Shown: piece after piece, positions 8,438-18,160 of the stretch | How positions within the stretch are numbered: the first letter of the stretch is position 1 | How the letters are laid out: each line of letters opens with the position of its first letter | NCBI GenBank assembly: GCA_041484365.1 | Contig: JBGPHM010000011.1 | Coordinates: 2,723-66,722 of the forward strand | Length of the DNA: 64,000 nt | From: Terriglobia bacterium | GTDB taxonomy: Bacteria > Acidobacteriota > Terriglobia > Acidiferrales > UBA7541 | Reading direction: 5' to 3' | Made by a program: the position numbers and the translations under genes | The notes under the pieces: generated by a model | What the model saw: the letters and a program-made list of their open reading frames with translations, nothing else | Told to the model about the DNA's origin: nothing | Database searches by the model: none

Positions 8438-10471
8438 TCACTTCAGGCGCGCGCCGACCGGAACATCTTCGAGAAAGCCTGCGAGCACAGGTTTGTTATC
8501 CGGCTCGATGCTGGCGGCGACGATCATGCCGTTCGATTCCACACCGCGCATTTTGCGTGGCGCGAGATTTGCCACCACGACGACTTTGCGGCCGACGAGC
8601 GCTTCCGGCTCGTAGGCTGTTGCGATGCCCGCGACGATTTGCCGGACTTCCGTGCCGATGTCCACCATGAGTTTCAGGATCCTGTCCGCGCCCGGAATGC
8701 GCTCGGCGGATTGCACCTGACCGACTCGAAGCTCGACCTTAAGAAAATCATCGATGGCGATTTTCACAGGTGCGGCGGCGGGTGCTGTTGCTGGTGCCGC
8801 TCCCGCGGCGGCCGCCGCAGCTTGCGGCGCGGCTCCCGAAGTAGATTGTCCCACGGCTGCGGGTGCGGGAGGCTTGAGTTCTTCTTGTTCCATGGCTTCA
8901 ATCCTTTCAATTGTTTCAACTTTTTCGAGACGCGGGAAGACGGGTTCCGGCTTTCCGATTTTGGTTCCGGGCTTAAGCTGGCCCCACTGCAGTTGGTCAA
9001 CTCGCTGTTCGCGGAGCAAGCCGATTTGGCCAAGTTGCTTCCAAACCTTGTCCGCCGAAACTGGGATGATCGGGCTGGCCAATACCACAGCGATGCGTAC
9101 GGATTCCGCGGCGGCATAAAGAACATCGTTCAGTTTGTCGCGTTGGGCGGGATCTTCGGAAAGAACCCAGGGTTTCTCGCGGGCAATCATGGCGTCGGCT
9201 TCGCTTACCAAACTCCAGATGGCAGCGAGCGCGTCGTAGAAAGTCAATTTCTCATAATAGTGGTTGGCCTTGCGGATAGACTTCTCCGCATTCTCTGAGA
9301 GCGGAAAGCCGGGCGCCTTCGCGTTTGGGGCCGCGGGAATCTGCGAGCCGCAATACTTTTCGATCATCGTGAGCGTGCGGCTGGCGAGATTGCCGAGGCC
9401 GTTGGCGAGGTCGGCGTTGTAACGCGTGACAAGCGCGTCATAGCTGAAGTTGCCGTCCGCGCCGAAAACGATTTCTCGCAACAGGTAGTAGCGAAGCGCG
9501 TCCATGCCGGGCGCGCCGTGCGAATTGAGTGCATTGACGATGGGACGCGGGCGAATGACGTTGCCGCTCGACTTGCTCATTTTGGCGCTGTCCATCAAGA
9601 GCCAGCCGTGCGCCCAGATTTGTTTTGGCAACGGAACGCCCGCGGCCATGAGGAAGGCGGGCCAGTAAACGGCGTGAAAGCGGATGATCTCCTTGCCGAC
9701 GAGATGGATGTCGGCGGGCCAGTAGCCGCGGCGCTCGAAATCCGGGCCGCCGACGGCGCTGAGGTAACTGGTGAGCGCGTCAAACCAAACATAGAAGACG
9801 TGAGGCGATTCGTCGGGCACGGGGATGCCCCATTTAATCGAGGTGCGCGTGATGCTGAGATCCTTGAGCCCGCCGTGGACGAAACTGAGGACTTCGTTGC
9901 GTCGCGTTTCGGGTTGAATGAAGTCCGGATGCGCTGCGTAATAATTGAGCAGCGGCTCCTGAAAGGCGGAAAGTTTGAAGAAATAATTCTCTTCGGTGAC
10001 GGTTTCCGTGGGGCGTCCGCAATCGGGACAGGGATCGCCGGGCTTGGCGTCATTCACATAGGCGTTGTCGAAAATGCAGTACTGGCCGGTGTAATTTCCT
10101 TTGTAGACGTAGCCATTCTCGCGGCACTGGCGGAAAAGCCATTGGACCGTGCGCGCATGCATGGGGTCTGTGGTGCGGATGAACTCGTCGCCCTGAATAC
10201 CGAATTCGTCCCAAGTGTTCTGCCACACAGAGGCCATTTCATTTACGAAATCGCGCTCGGATTTTCCGGCTTTTACGGCGGCGCGCTCGACGTTGACACC
10301 GTGCTCGTCCGTGCCTGTTGTGAGGACAACTTCGTAGCCGCACATGCGTTTGTAACGGCGGATGACGTCGGCGACGATCGTCGAATACGTGTGGCCAATG
10401 TGAGGCAGGCCGTTCGTGTAATAGATCGGCGTGGTCAGGTAGAACTTCGGCTTTTGACCAGTGGGCGGCAT
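8438..10471 (-). CDS. metG: methionine--tRNA ligase with a C-terminal tRNA-binding (Trbp111/EMAP-like) domain
   Basis: HIGH-type motif LPHIGHTYS, KMSKS motif SAKMSKSSGN and a Zn knuckle CPDCGRP. An Ala-rich linker joins an OB-fold tail ...ILKLMVDIGTEVRQIVAGI. Confidence 0.97.
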   Translation of the reverse strand: MPPTGQKPKFYLTTPIYYTNGLPHIGHTYSTIVADVIRRYKRMCGYEVVLTTGTDEHGVNVERAAVKAGKSERDFVNEMASVWQNTWDEFGIQGDEFIRTTDPMHARTVQWLFRQCRENGYVYKGNYTGQYCIFDNAYVNDAKPGDPCPDCGRPTETVTEENYFFKLSAFQEPLLNYYAAHPDFIQPETRRNEVLSFVHGGLKDLSITRTSIKWGIPVPDESPHVFYVWFDALTSYLSAVGGPDFERRGYWPADIHLVGKEIIRFHAVYWPAFLMAAGVPLPKQIWAHGWLLMDSAKMSKSSGNVIRPRPIVNALNSHGAPGMDALRYYLLREIVFGADGNFSYDALVTRYNADLANGLGNLASRTLTMIEKYCGSQIPAAPNAKAPGFPLSENAEKSIRKANHYYEKLTFYDALAAIWSLVSEADAMIAREKPWVLSEDPAQRDKLNDVLYAAAESVRIAVVLASPIIPVSADKVWKQLGQIGLLREQRVDQLQWGQLKPGTKIGKPEPVFPRLEKVETIERIEAMEQEELKPPAPAAVGQSTSGAAPQAAAAAAGAAPATAPAAAPVKIAIDDFLKVELRVGQVQSAERIPGADRILKLMVDIGTEVRQIVAGIATAYEPEALVGRKVVVVANLAPRKMRGVESNGMIVAASIEPDNKPVLAGFLEDVPVGARLK

Positions 10472-10600
10472 GGGTTGAATGCGCTAGCGCCGATTGTGCG
10501 GCTGGAAATTCGAGCAGCGCGGAACCAACTGATACTATTCTGCGAGGAAAAGGGTGTCAAATGAGCGCTGCAGGTGAAGCTTTGCGCCCGTGCGCGATTT

Positions 10601-10629
10601 TTGACCGGGAGTAATGCGTTCCCTATAAT
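10601..10629 (+). promoter_or_regulatory. sigma70-type promoter candidate for argS
   Basis: TTGACC (10601-10606), a 17-nt spacer, then TATAAT (10624-10629). It lies about 50 nt upstream of the GTG-10682 start, which is preceded by AGGAG. Confidence 0.55.
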
Positions 10630-10681
10630 TGCAGCCTCTTCCCGGTGCAAGCCGAGTATGGATTTCGAGTAAAGGAGCAGC

Positions 10682-12751
10682 GTGTATCACGAGCTGGAAG
10701 CCCGCGTGCGCGGGAAAATCGCAAACTTTATACGACATCGCTACCAGGTGGAGGCGGTGATTGCGACCGAGCGTCCGCCGAAGCTGGAGATGGGCGAGCT
10801 TGCGTCACCAGTGTGCTTTGAGCTGGCGAAGCGGATGAAGCGCGCTCCGCGGCAGATTGCGCAGGAGATTGCCGCGGAGATTGGGCCGATTGAAGGCGTG
10901 GCGAAGATTGAGGTCGCTGGCGCGGGATACTTGAATGTGTTCTTTGACAGGGCGGCATTTTTTCATGCTGTGTTTCGCGCGCAGCATGAGGCGTCAAAAA
11001 CTTACGCTGCCGAATTGATTGCCAAATCCGGGAAGCCGGATGCACGGGACACCGGCGCGGTGAAAACATCCGCGCCAAAAACGATCGTCGAGCACACGAA
11101 CATTAATCCTAATAAAGCGGCGCACATTGGGCATTTGCGGAATGCGATCCTCGGCGACACGTTTGTGAAGCTGCTGAAGTATTCGGGCGAGCGCGTGGAA
11201 GTCCAAAACTACATTGACAATACGGGAGTGCAGGTCGGCGACGTGGTGCTGGGATTCATGCACCTCGAAAAGAAAACGCCCCCGGAAGTGAAGGCGCTCT
11301 CTGAGAAGCCGCAATTTGATTATTACTGTTGGGATTTATACGCGCGCGTAACGCAGTTCCTCGCGGAAGACAAGGCGCGGATGGAGTTGCGCGGCGCAAC
11401 GCTCAAGGCGATTGAAGAAGGGCACGGCGCGGAGGCGGAGATTGGGCACATCGTTTCGGACGCGATTGTGCATTGCCATTTGCGGACGATGGCGCGGCTT
11501 GGGATTACGTATGACGTACTGCCGCGCGAAAGCGAGATCCTTGCGTTGAAGTTTTGGGACACGGCGTTTACGCAGCTCAAGGAGCGCGGCGCAATTCACC
11601 TTTCCACGGCAGGAAAAACGACGGGCTGCTGGGTGATGCGACTGGGCGATTCAACGGAGGCGGCTGAGGGGACGGAGGAAGCCGCAAACGACGACGCGAA
11701 GATTATCGTGCGCTCGAACGGCACGGTGACCTACGTCGGAAAAGACATCGCCTACCAGATGTGGAAGTTCGGACTGCTGGGGCGCGACTTCCGCTACAAG
11801 CATTTTGACAAAGCGCCGAACGGTGAATGGATTTGGACCTCGACGGCGGACAAGGGCGATCCTGATGCGCCGGAGTTCGGGCACGCGCATAAGGTTTACA
11901 ACGTCATTGATACGCGGCAAAGCTATCTACAGAACATCGTGTTCGCGGGCCTGCGGGCGTTGGGGTTCAACGAACAGGCGGACCGGTCGACACATTTCAG
12001 CTACGAGGTGGTTGCGCTGACGCCGCGATGCGCGCAGGAGATGGGCTACGAGATTTCTGTGGAGGACGCGAAGCGCAACTACGTCGAGGTCAGCGGGCGC
12101 AAAGGGCACGGCGTGAAGGCCGACGACTTGATTGACAAACTGGAAGCGGCGGCGCGCGCGGAGGTGGACCAACGGCACCCGAACTTGAGCGACGAGGAGC
12201 GCGAGAATATCGCACACACGATTGCGATTGGCGCGCTGCGATATTTCATGGTGAGGTTCGCGCGAAACACGATTATTGCGTTTGATTTTAAGGATGCGCT
12301 GAGTTTTGAAGGGGAGACAGGGCCGTATTGCCAGTATGCGATGGTGAGGATAAGTGGAATCTGGCGAAAAGAAATCGAGAGCCACTATTCAAAGGACGAT
12401 ACGAGCCAAAAGACTTTTGATGCGCGCGTTTCCTCCACCAATGAGGGGTTGTCGGAGCTGAATGAGTACATGAAGCCGGGCGGAGCGGACGAAATGTGGG
12501 AAATGCTTCTCCTGGCCGGGTCTCTTGGCACGCGCGTGGACGGTGCGCTTAAATCGCAAGAACCGGCGTTCGTGGCGAAGTATTGCTTCGAGCTAGCCCA
12601 AGCATTCAATAATTTCTATCATAAGCATCACATTCTCTCGGAGACTGACCAGAAGCGGAAGGCATTCTTGTTGGTACTTTGTAAAGTTGTTGAAATACAG
12701 CTTGGCAGCGCACTTAGGTTACTTGGAATAGGGACACCATCCAGGATGTAG
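10682..12751 (+). CDS. argS: arginine--tRNA ligase
   Basis: Class-I core NPNKAAHIGHLRN and a C-terminal anticodon-binding (DALR) region ...AFVAKYCFELAQAFNNFYH. Size and layout are typical of a long-form ArgRS. Confidence 0.95.
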   Translation: MYHELEARVRGKIANFIRHRYQVEAVIATERPPKLEMGELASPVCFELAKRMKRAPRQIAQEIAAEIGPIEGVAKIEVAGAGYLNVFFDRAAFFHAVFRAQHEASKTYAAELIAKSGKPDARDTGAVKTSAPKTIVEHTNINPNKAAHIGHLRNAILGDTFVKLLKYSGERVEVQNYIDNTGVQVGDVVLGFMHLEKKTPPEVKALSEKPQFDYYCWDLYARVTQFLAEDKARMELRGATLKAIEEGHGAEAEIGHIVSDAIVHCHLRTMARLGITYDVLPRESEILALKFWDTAFTQLKERGAIHLSTAGKTTGCWVMRLGDSTEAAEGTEEAANDDAKIIVRSNGTVTYVGKDIAYQMWKFGLLGRDFRYKHFDKAPNGEWIWTSTADKGDPDAPEFGHAHKVYNVIDTRQSYLQNIVFAGLRALGFNEQADRSTHFSYEVVALTPRCAQEMGYEISVEDAKRNYVEVSGRKGHGVKADDLIDKLEAAARAEVDQRHPNLSDEERENIAHTIAIGALRYFMVRFARNTIIAFDFKDALSFEGETGPYCQYAMVRISGIWRKEIESHYSKDDTSQKTFDARVSSTNEGLSELNEYMKPGGADEMWEMLLLAGSLGTRVDGALKSQEPAFVAKYCFELAQAFNNFYHKHHILSETDQKRKAFLLVLCKVVEIQLGSALRLLGIGTPSRM

Positions 12752-12812
12752 GCCATCCACAAAAAATCCGAAGGCAAATCTACCGCAGAGGCACAGAGGC
12801 CACAGAAGAAAC

Positions 12813-14300
12813 CTACTTTGAATTGAAATTCATTGCGAGGTCGACGAGGGTGCGGACGGGTACGCCTGTGGCACCCTTGGCCATCCAGGGCTTGGCGTCG
12901 TCAAACCAGGCGGTGCCGGCGATATCGAGATGGACCCACGGCACGTCGTCCACGAATTCGCGGATGAACATTGCGCCCGTGATTGCGCCGCCGCCCTTTC
13001 CGCTGCCGACGTTTTGAATGTCCGCCATCGTTCCCTTGATCATCTCGCGGTACTCGTCGTCCATCGGCATGGGCCACATCTTGTCTCCCGCGGCATTTGC
13101 GCTGGCGAGGATGCGGTCGGTGAAGGCTTGATTGGTGCCGAAGACGCCGGTGTTGATCCCGGCGAGCGCGACAACGATCGCGCCGGTGAGCGTGGCTGCG
13201 TCCACCAGGTGCGTGCACCCGAGCTTGCGGGCGTAGGTGACGGCGTCGGCAAGAATCAGGCGGCCTTCCGCATCGGTGTTCATCACTTCGATGGTTTTGC
13301 CCGACATGGAAGTCTGGATGTCGCCGGGCTTCTGCGCTTTTCCGCCGGGCATGTTTTCCGTGGCAGGCACGACGGCGATTACTTTCACAGGCGGCTTGAG
13401 CCGCGCAAGCGCCCGCATCGTGCCGATCATTGCGGCGCCGCCGCACATGTCAAATTTCATTTTGTCCATGTCGTTGGCGGGCTTGATGGAAATCCCTCCG
13501 GTGTCAAACGTGACGGCCTTACCGACCAAACCAAGCACGGGACCGCCGGGCGCATAATTCGCGGGCGTATAGGTGATGGCGATAACACGAGCCGGCTCAA
13601 CGCTGCCCTGGGCTACGGATAGAAGCGCGCCCATTTTCATTTCGGCGATGCGCTTCTCGTCGAGGACTTCGCAGGCGAGGCCTTCTTCGCGGGCCATGGC
13701 AGCGGCACGCTCGGCAAGCATCACCGGCGTCATTTTATTGGAAGGCTCGTTGGCAAGTTCACGCGCGAGGTTTTGACCCTCCGCGATGATTCGGCCTCGG
13801 TCAATTCCCTGCCCTGCGTCTGCCTGCCAACCGAGAAGCGCGGCGGATTCCACAGGCGCGTCGCTCTTCTGGCCGGTCTTGTACTTATCGCCCTCGAAAT
13901 CGGCGAGAAGCGACCCTTCTGTGACTGCTTCCGCGGCGCCAGGATTTGTGTCGGTCTCGCGCACGAAAAACGCAACGCGCTTCACGCCGCGCGTCTTGAG
14001 GAAACGAAGCCCGGCTCCAGAAAGCTTGCGGAGTTCCGCCAATGAAAACTTATCCCTTTTTCCCGCGCCTACGATGAGCAGACGTTCAGCCTTCAAGCCG
14101 GCGGGCGCGTGGATAAGAGTCATTTCAAGGCTCTTGCCAGTAAGCTCGCCGTTTTTAGAGAGGCGGCGCAGCAGCCCGCCGGTGGATTTGTCCAAGTCCG
14201 CGACGCGTCCGTTAATCGGATCATCTTCTTCGAAGACATACGTTACGAGGGCCTGCGTTTCGATTGCCGCTGCTGCCTGAGAATCCAATGAGATCTTCAT
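12813..14300 (-). CDS. pepA: leucyl aminopeptidase (M17)
   Basis: M17 signature NTDAEGRLILADA plus VGKAVTFDTGGISIKP. Confidence 0.95.
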   Translation of the reverse strand: MKISLDSQAAAAIETQALVTYVFEEDDPINGRVADLDKSTGGLLRRLSKNGELTGKSLEMTLIHAPAGLKAERLLIVGAGKRDKFSLAELRKLSGAGLRFLKTRGVKRVAFFVRETDTNPGAAEAVTEGSLLADFEGDKYKTGQKSDAPVESAALLGWQADAGQGIDRGRIIAEGQNLARELANEPSNKMTPVMLAERAAAMAREEGLACEVLDEKRIAEMKMGALLSVAQGSVEPARVIAITYTPANYAPGGPVLGLVGKAVTFDTGGISIKPANDMDKMKFDMCGGAAMIGTMRALARLKPPVKVIAVVPATENMPGGKAQKPGDIQTSMSGKTIEVMNTDAEGRLILADAVTYARKLGCTHLVDAATLTGAIVVALAGINTGVFGTNQAFTDRILASANAAGDKMWPMPMDDEYREMIKGTMADIQNVGSGKGGGAITGAMFIREFVDDVPWVHLDIAGTAWFDDAKPWMAKGATGVPVRTLVDLAMNFNSK

Positions 14301-14309
14301 AGAATTGAT

Positions 14310-14807
14310 TTAACGCCTCCGGGAACGATAGATGGCTTCCTTTGCTTCTCGCTCGGCTTCCTTGTTGCGCTCCTGGTCGCGGCGGTCCCAATCTTTCTTG
14401 CCGCGCGCCAGGGCCAGTTCGCATTTCGCGCGTCCGTTGCGGAAATAAACCCGAAGCGCAATGAGGGTCAAACCCTTTTGTTGCGTCTTGCCAAAGAGCT
14501 TGCGGATCTCTTCCTTGTGCATCAACAGCTTGCGCGAAGAAAGAGGAGAGTGATTCCACGGGCCGCCTGCGTCATATTCCGCGATGTGGCAATTTTCGAG
14601 CCACAGCTCGCCGCCGCGCACGAGGGCATAGGCCTCACGGATATTCGCCTTTCCTTCGCGCAGGGCTTTTACCTCCGTGCCGCGGAGAACGATGCCTGCC
14701 TCAAACTTCTCCAGCACCATGTAATGGTAGCTTGCGGAACGGTTCTGCGCGACGACCAGCTCACCACTGCGGTCAGTCTTCTTTTGCTTCTGAGTTTTCT
14801 GCGCCAC
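14310..14807 (-). CDS. smpB: SsrA-binding protein
   Basis: Contains NRSASYHYMVLEKFEAGIVLRGTEVKALREGKANI...LLMHKEEI and a basic C-terminal tail. Length is 165 aa. Confidence 0.97.
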   Translation of the reverse strand: MAQKTQKQKKTDRSGELVVAQNRSASYHYMVLEKFEAGIVLRGTEVKALREGKANIREAYALVRGGELWLENCHIAEYDAGGPWNHSPLSSRKLLMHKEEIRKLFGKTQQKGLTLIALRVYFRNGRAKCELALARGKKDWDRRDQERNKEAEREAKEAIYRSRRR

Positions 14808-14923
14808 TTCCTGCTATCTTAGTCAACGATGTTAACTAGAAGCAAGCCGCCATCCCGTTGTCAAGATGGCGCATCCCAAACATGGATGCTAAACTGAACC
14901 TTCGAGCCCGGCGTCTATTCAAT

Positions 14924-17239
14924 ATGGCCAAACGTTGCCTATTATTACTAGTTCTGGGGTGCGCCTCAGCGCTCCTGACTGGCTGCCCTAAAGGTAGCCA
15001 GGAAGCCTCGGCCGGACGCAAGGCCGAGACCCTGCAGGATTACGATAATGCGCTGATCCACTACCAGCGCGCGCTCCGCGAAGACCCCGGCAATGCGGAA
15101 TACAAGCTGAGGGCGGAAAGACTCCGTTTTGAGGACGCCAATTATCATTTCACGCTGGGTGTGAAGGCGCGCGAGAAGGGCGATTTCCAAGGCGCGCTCG
15201 CGGAATTCCAAAAGGCATCCGCGATAGACCCGTCGAATCAGCTCGCGGCCCAAGAAGTGCAGCGGCTGATTCAGCTACTCGGCACGAAGCTTGCGAATCC
15301 GCCAAGCACGATGCCCGAACTTCCTCCGGGCCCAAAACTTGCCGAAGGCCCTCCAAAATTGATGCAACTATCGCGCGTGCCGATCACATTGAAGAACATG
15401 ACGAACGAGGCGAAAATAATTTTTAGCACGATCGGCGGCCTTGCAGGATTGACCGTGGTTTTCGACTCGGATTTCACAACTCAACAGCGGCGCATCACCG
15501 TGAACCTGCAAGACGTGACTTACCAGGATGCGCTTGACATTGTGGCGATGCAGGCCAAGGCGTTCTGGAAGCCAGTGACGCCCAATGTGATTTTTGTGGC
15601 GGACGTGACGAAGAGAAAAGACTACGAAGAAAATATTGTAAAGACATTCCGGCTCTCCAACATCACAGCGGACAAAGACCTGAATGAAATCGTGACGGCA
15701 ATCCGCGGCATCTTCAACACCGTACAGCGCATATCGGCCGTGCCCTCGCAGAATGCCATCGTGGTGCGAGACACGCCAGACCGCGTGCTGCTGATCGGCA
15801 AACTGATTGACGACCTCGACAAGGCGAAGCCCGAAGTGGTGATTCAGATAGAAGTTTTGCAGGCGCGGCGCGATCGCATCCGCGACCTGGGCATCCAGCC
15901 GAGCCAGACGAATTCAATCACATTTGCGCCGGCCTCCACATCATCAGGCACCACCACTGGCTCGACTACAGTTACGCTTCCGCTGAGCCAGGTGCGGCAT
16001 CTGAAGACTTCGGACTACAGCGTTTCGCTGCCGAGCGCCACGGTAAACACGCTGCTTACGGACAGCACGACGAGGATTATCCAGAATCCCGAATTGCGCT
16101 CGGTGGACAACGTGAAAGCGACTTTGCGAATCGGCGATCGCGTGCCGATTGCCACGGGCAGCTTCCAGGCGGGTCTCGGCGCCGGATCCATTGGAACAGG
16201 ATCTCTCGTGAGTCCGCTGGTGAACACGCAATTCCAATATCAGGACGTCGGCGTAAACATAGACTTGACGCCGCGAATTCTGGCGGATCGTGACGTCGCA
16301 ATGCACGTGAAGGTTGAAGTGTCATCGGTCACGGGCAATGTAAACATCGGCGGCATCAGCCAGCCGGTGATCAGCCAGCGCGTGATCGAGCATGACGTGC
16401 GCCTGAAGGACGGCGAAGCAAATATTCTGGGCGGCTTTATTGAGAAGACGGACAGCAACAACATTTCCGGCTGGCCGGGATTGGCGAAGATTCCCGTGCT
16501 GCGGTATCTGTTTTCGGGCGACAACAACGAACACGAAGAGAATGAGATCCTGATCGTGCTGGTGCCCCATGTTGTGCGAATGCCGTTTATTACCGAGGAG
16601 AACCTGCGGAGCATCGCATCGGGCACCGATCAGAATCCGTTTGTGCGCGAAGTGCAGGACTCGAATCCCTCGCAGACATTCCAGACTCCGCCTCCACAAC
16701 CGCAGACCCCGGCGCAGCCTCCAGTTCAGAATCCTGTACAGGTCACCCAAACACCGGGAGTTGCAGTGGTTGGGGCGACCTTGCCCTCGGGGACACCGCC
16801 GCCAATGGCAGCAGCGAATCCGGGCGGCCCGGCGACCGTGCGATTCGAACCCTCGAGCATTAACCTGAAGGTTGGCGGGACAACGACGGTTGCCATCGTG
16901 GTGGAAAATGTGAAGGACCTCGCCTCGATTCCGCTGATGCTGCAATACAACCCGGCGGTGATCTCCGTCGAGGAGGTGCGGCATGGCGGGTTCCTTTCCG
17001 GAGACACACAAGAGGCGCTGGTGCAGCGCGTTGACCAGCAACACGGCCAAGCGATCATCTCAGCGACTCGAATGCAGAACATGCCGGGCGTGAGCGGCAC
17101 CGGAACTGTTGTGGCCGTGGTGATTCGAGCTATCGCACCCGGCGATTCCAAACTTTCCATCGTTCAGGTGAACGCGAAGGATTCAGCGCAGCGGCCTATT
17201 CCGCTAGTCACGGCCGAAGGCTCCGTGCGCGTGCAATAA
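14924..17239 (+). CDS. secretin (GspD/PilQ superfamily) fused to an N-terminal lipoprotein-TPR region and a C-terminal cohesin-like domain
   Basis: ATG-14924 gives MAKRCLLLLVLGCASALLTGC (lipobox LTGC). TPR-like helices occupy about aa 50-130 and secretin N-domains follow. The secretin core is NPELRSVDNVKATLRIGD...GWPGLAKIPVLRYLFSG...EILIVLVPHVV. A P/Q linker leads to the cohesin-like ATVRFEPSSINLKVGGTTTVAIVVENVKDLASIPLMLQYNPAVISV. The ORF opens at TTG-14858. Confidence 0.85.
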   Translation: MAKRCLLLLVLGCASALLTGCPKGSQEASAGRKAETLQDYDNALIHYQRALREDPGNAEYKLRAERLRFEDANYHFTLGVKAREKGDFQGALAEFQKASAIDPSNQLAAQEVQRLIQLLGTKLANPPSTMPELPPGPKLAEGPPKLMQLSRVPITLKNMTNEAKIIFSTIGGLAGLTVVFDSDFTTQQRRITVNLQDVTYQDALDIVAMQAKAFWKPVTPNVIFVADVTKRKDYEENIVKTFRLSNITADKDLNEIVTAIRGIFNTVQRISAVPSQNAIVVRDTPDRVLLIGKLIDDLDKAKPEVVIQIEVLQARRDRIRDLGIQPSQTNSITFAPASTSSGTTTGSTTVTLPLSQVRHLKTSDYSVSLPSATVNTLLTDSTTRIIQNPELRSVDNVKATLRIGDRVPIATGSFQAGLGAGSIGTGSLVSPLVNTQFQYQDVGVNIDLTPRILADRDVAMHVKVEVSSVTGNVNIGGISQPVISQRVIEHDVRLKDGEANILGGFIEKTDSNNISGWPGLAKIPVLRYLFSGDNNEHEENEILIVLVPHVVRMPFITEENLRSIASGTDQNPFVREVQDSNPSQTFQTPPPQPQTPAQPPVQNPVQVTQTPGVAVVGATLPSGTPPPMAAANPGGPATVRFEPSSINLKVGGTTTVAIVVENVKDLASIPLMLQYNPAVISVEEVRHGGFLSGDTQEALVQRVDQQHGQAIISATRMQNMPGVSGTGTVVAVVIRAIAPGDSKLSIVQVNAKDSAQRPIPLVTAEGSVRVQ

Positions 17240-17254
17240 AGCAGGGCTTCCAAA

Positions 17255-17749
17255 ATGATCCGCTTCCGAAAGACCGCAAGCTCCTCCGCCGGGATGACCC
17301 TGCTTGAGCTCATCCTAGCCGCCGGCATCCTGATGGTGCTGGCGACAGCCGCCCTGCCCCTGGCACGAGTGACGATCCGTCGAGACCGCGAGCGCGAGCT
17401 TCACCGAGTCCTCCGCGAGATGCGCGACGCAATTGACCGTTACAAAGATGCCGCGGAGAACAAGCTCATCAAGGTCGAGATTGGGACCGACGGCTATCCA
17501 CCGGACCTGGAGACCCTCGTTAAAGGCGTTCAATTAGGCGGGAACTCGCCAGGCGCCACTGCGACGGGAGAAACCGTCCGATTCCTGCGCAAGATTCCCA
17601 TTGACCCCATGACGGGCCGGGCCGAGTGGGGAAAGCGAGCGGTGCAGGATGATCCGGACTCGTCTTCGTGGAATGGGAAGAATGTGTTCGAGGTCTATTC
17701 CCTTTCACCAGGGATTGCGTTGGATGGGACAAAGTATGCGGACTGGTAG
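17255..17749 (+). CDS. type II secretion GspG-like pseudopilin (prepilin-type N-terminus)
   Basis: Class-III leader and cleavage site SSAG|MTLLELILAAGILMVLA with Glu+5. The C-terminus is ...DGTKYADW. Confidence 0.8.
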   Translation: MIRFRKTASSSAGMTLLELILAAGILMVLATAALPLARVTIRRDRERELHRVLREMRDAIDRYKDAAENKLIKVEIGTDGYPPDLETLVKGVQLGGNSPGATATGETVRFLRKIPIDPMTGRAEWGKRAVQDDPDSSSWNGKNVFEVYSLSPGIALDGTKYADW

Positions 17750-18146
17750 AAGGCTGAACCTTCAACGCGGATTCACTTTGCTCGAGCTGATGGTGGTTAT
17801 GGCCATCATCTTGATACTGCTCGGGATGGCATCGGTACGCTACCAGCGCTCTGTCTTGACCGCGCGCGAGACTGCGCTGAAGTCCGACTTGGTGGCCCTG
17901 CGTGAAGCAATCGAGCACTTCACGATGGACAAACTCGCCGCACCGCAATCCCTCACCGACCTTCTCGGGACCTACCTTCATGGGGATGGACTTCCGATTG
18001 ATCCCATCACGCAGCGCCCGGACTGGAAGACGGTCTCCGACGACGTGCTGCTAAGTCCAGACCAGACGACAAAAGGCATAACTGACGTGCATTCCGCTTC
18101 GGAAGCAATTTCTCCCAGCACAAATACGGCCTACAGCACGTGGTGA
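17736..18146 (+). CDS. GspG-like pseudopilin, tandem paralogue A
   Basis: MRTGRRLNLQRG|FTLLELMVVMAIILILLGMA with C-terminus GITDVHSASEAISPSTNTAYSTW. The start overlaps the previous gene by 14 nt. The ORF opens at 17649. Confidence 0.8.
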   Translation: MRTGRRLNLQRGFTLLELMVVMAIILILLGMASVRYQRSVLTARETALKSDLVALREAIEHFTMDKLAAPQSLTDLLGTYLHGDGLPIDPITQRPDWKTVSDDVLLSPDQTTKGITDVHSASEAISPSTNTAYSTW

Positions 18147-18160
18147 GGACGAGACGAAGT

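Noticed and set aside
8754-8830. A GC-rich GCN-repeat tract that looked like a simple-sequence repeat.
   Set aside because: It is in frame within metG and encodes the Ala/Pro-rich linker (AAPQAAAAAAGAAPATAPAAAP) between the synthetase core and the tRNA-binding tail. It is not a perfect tandem repeat.
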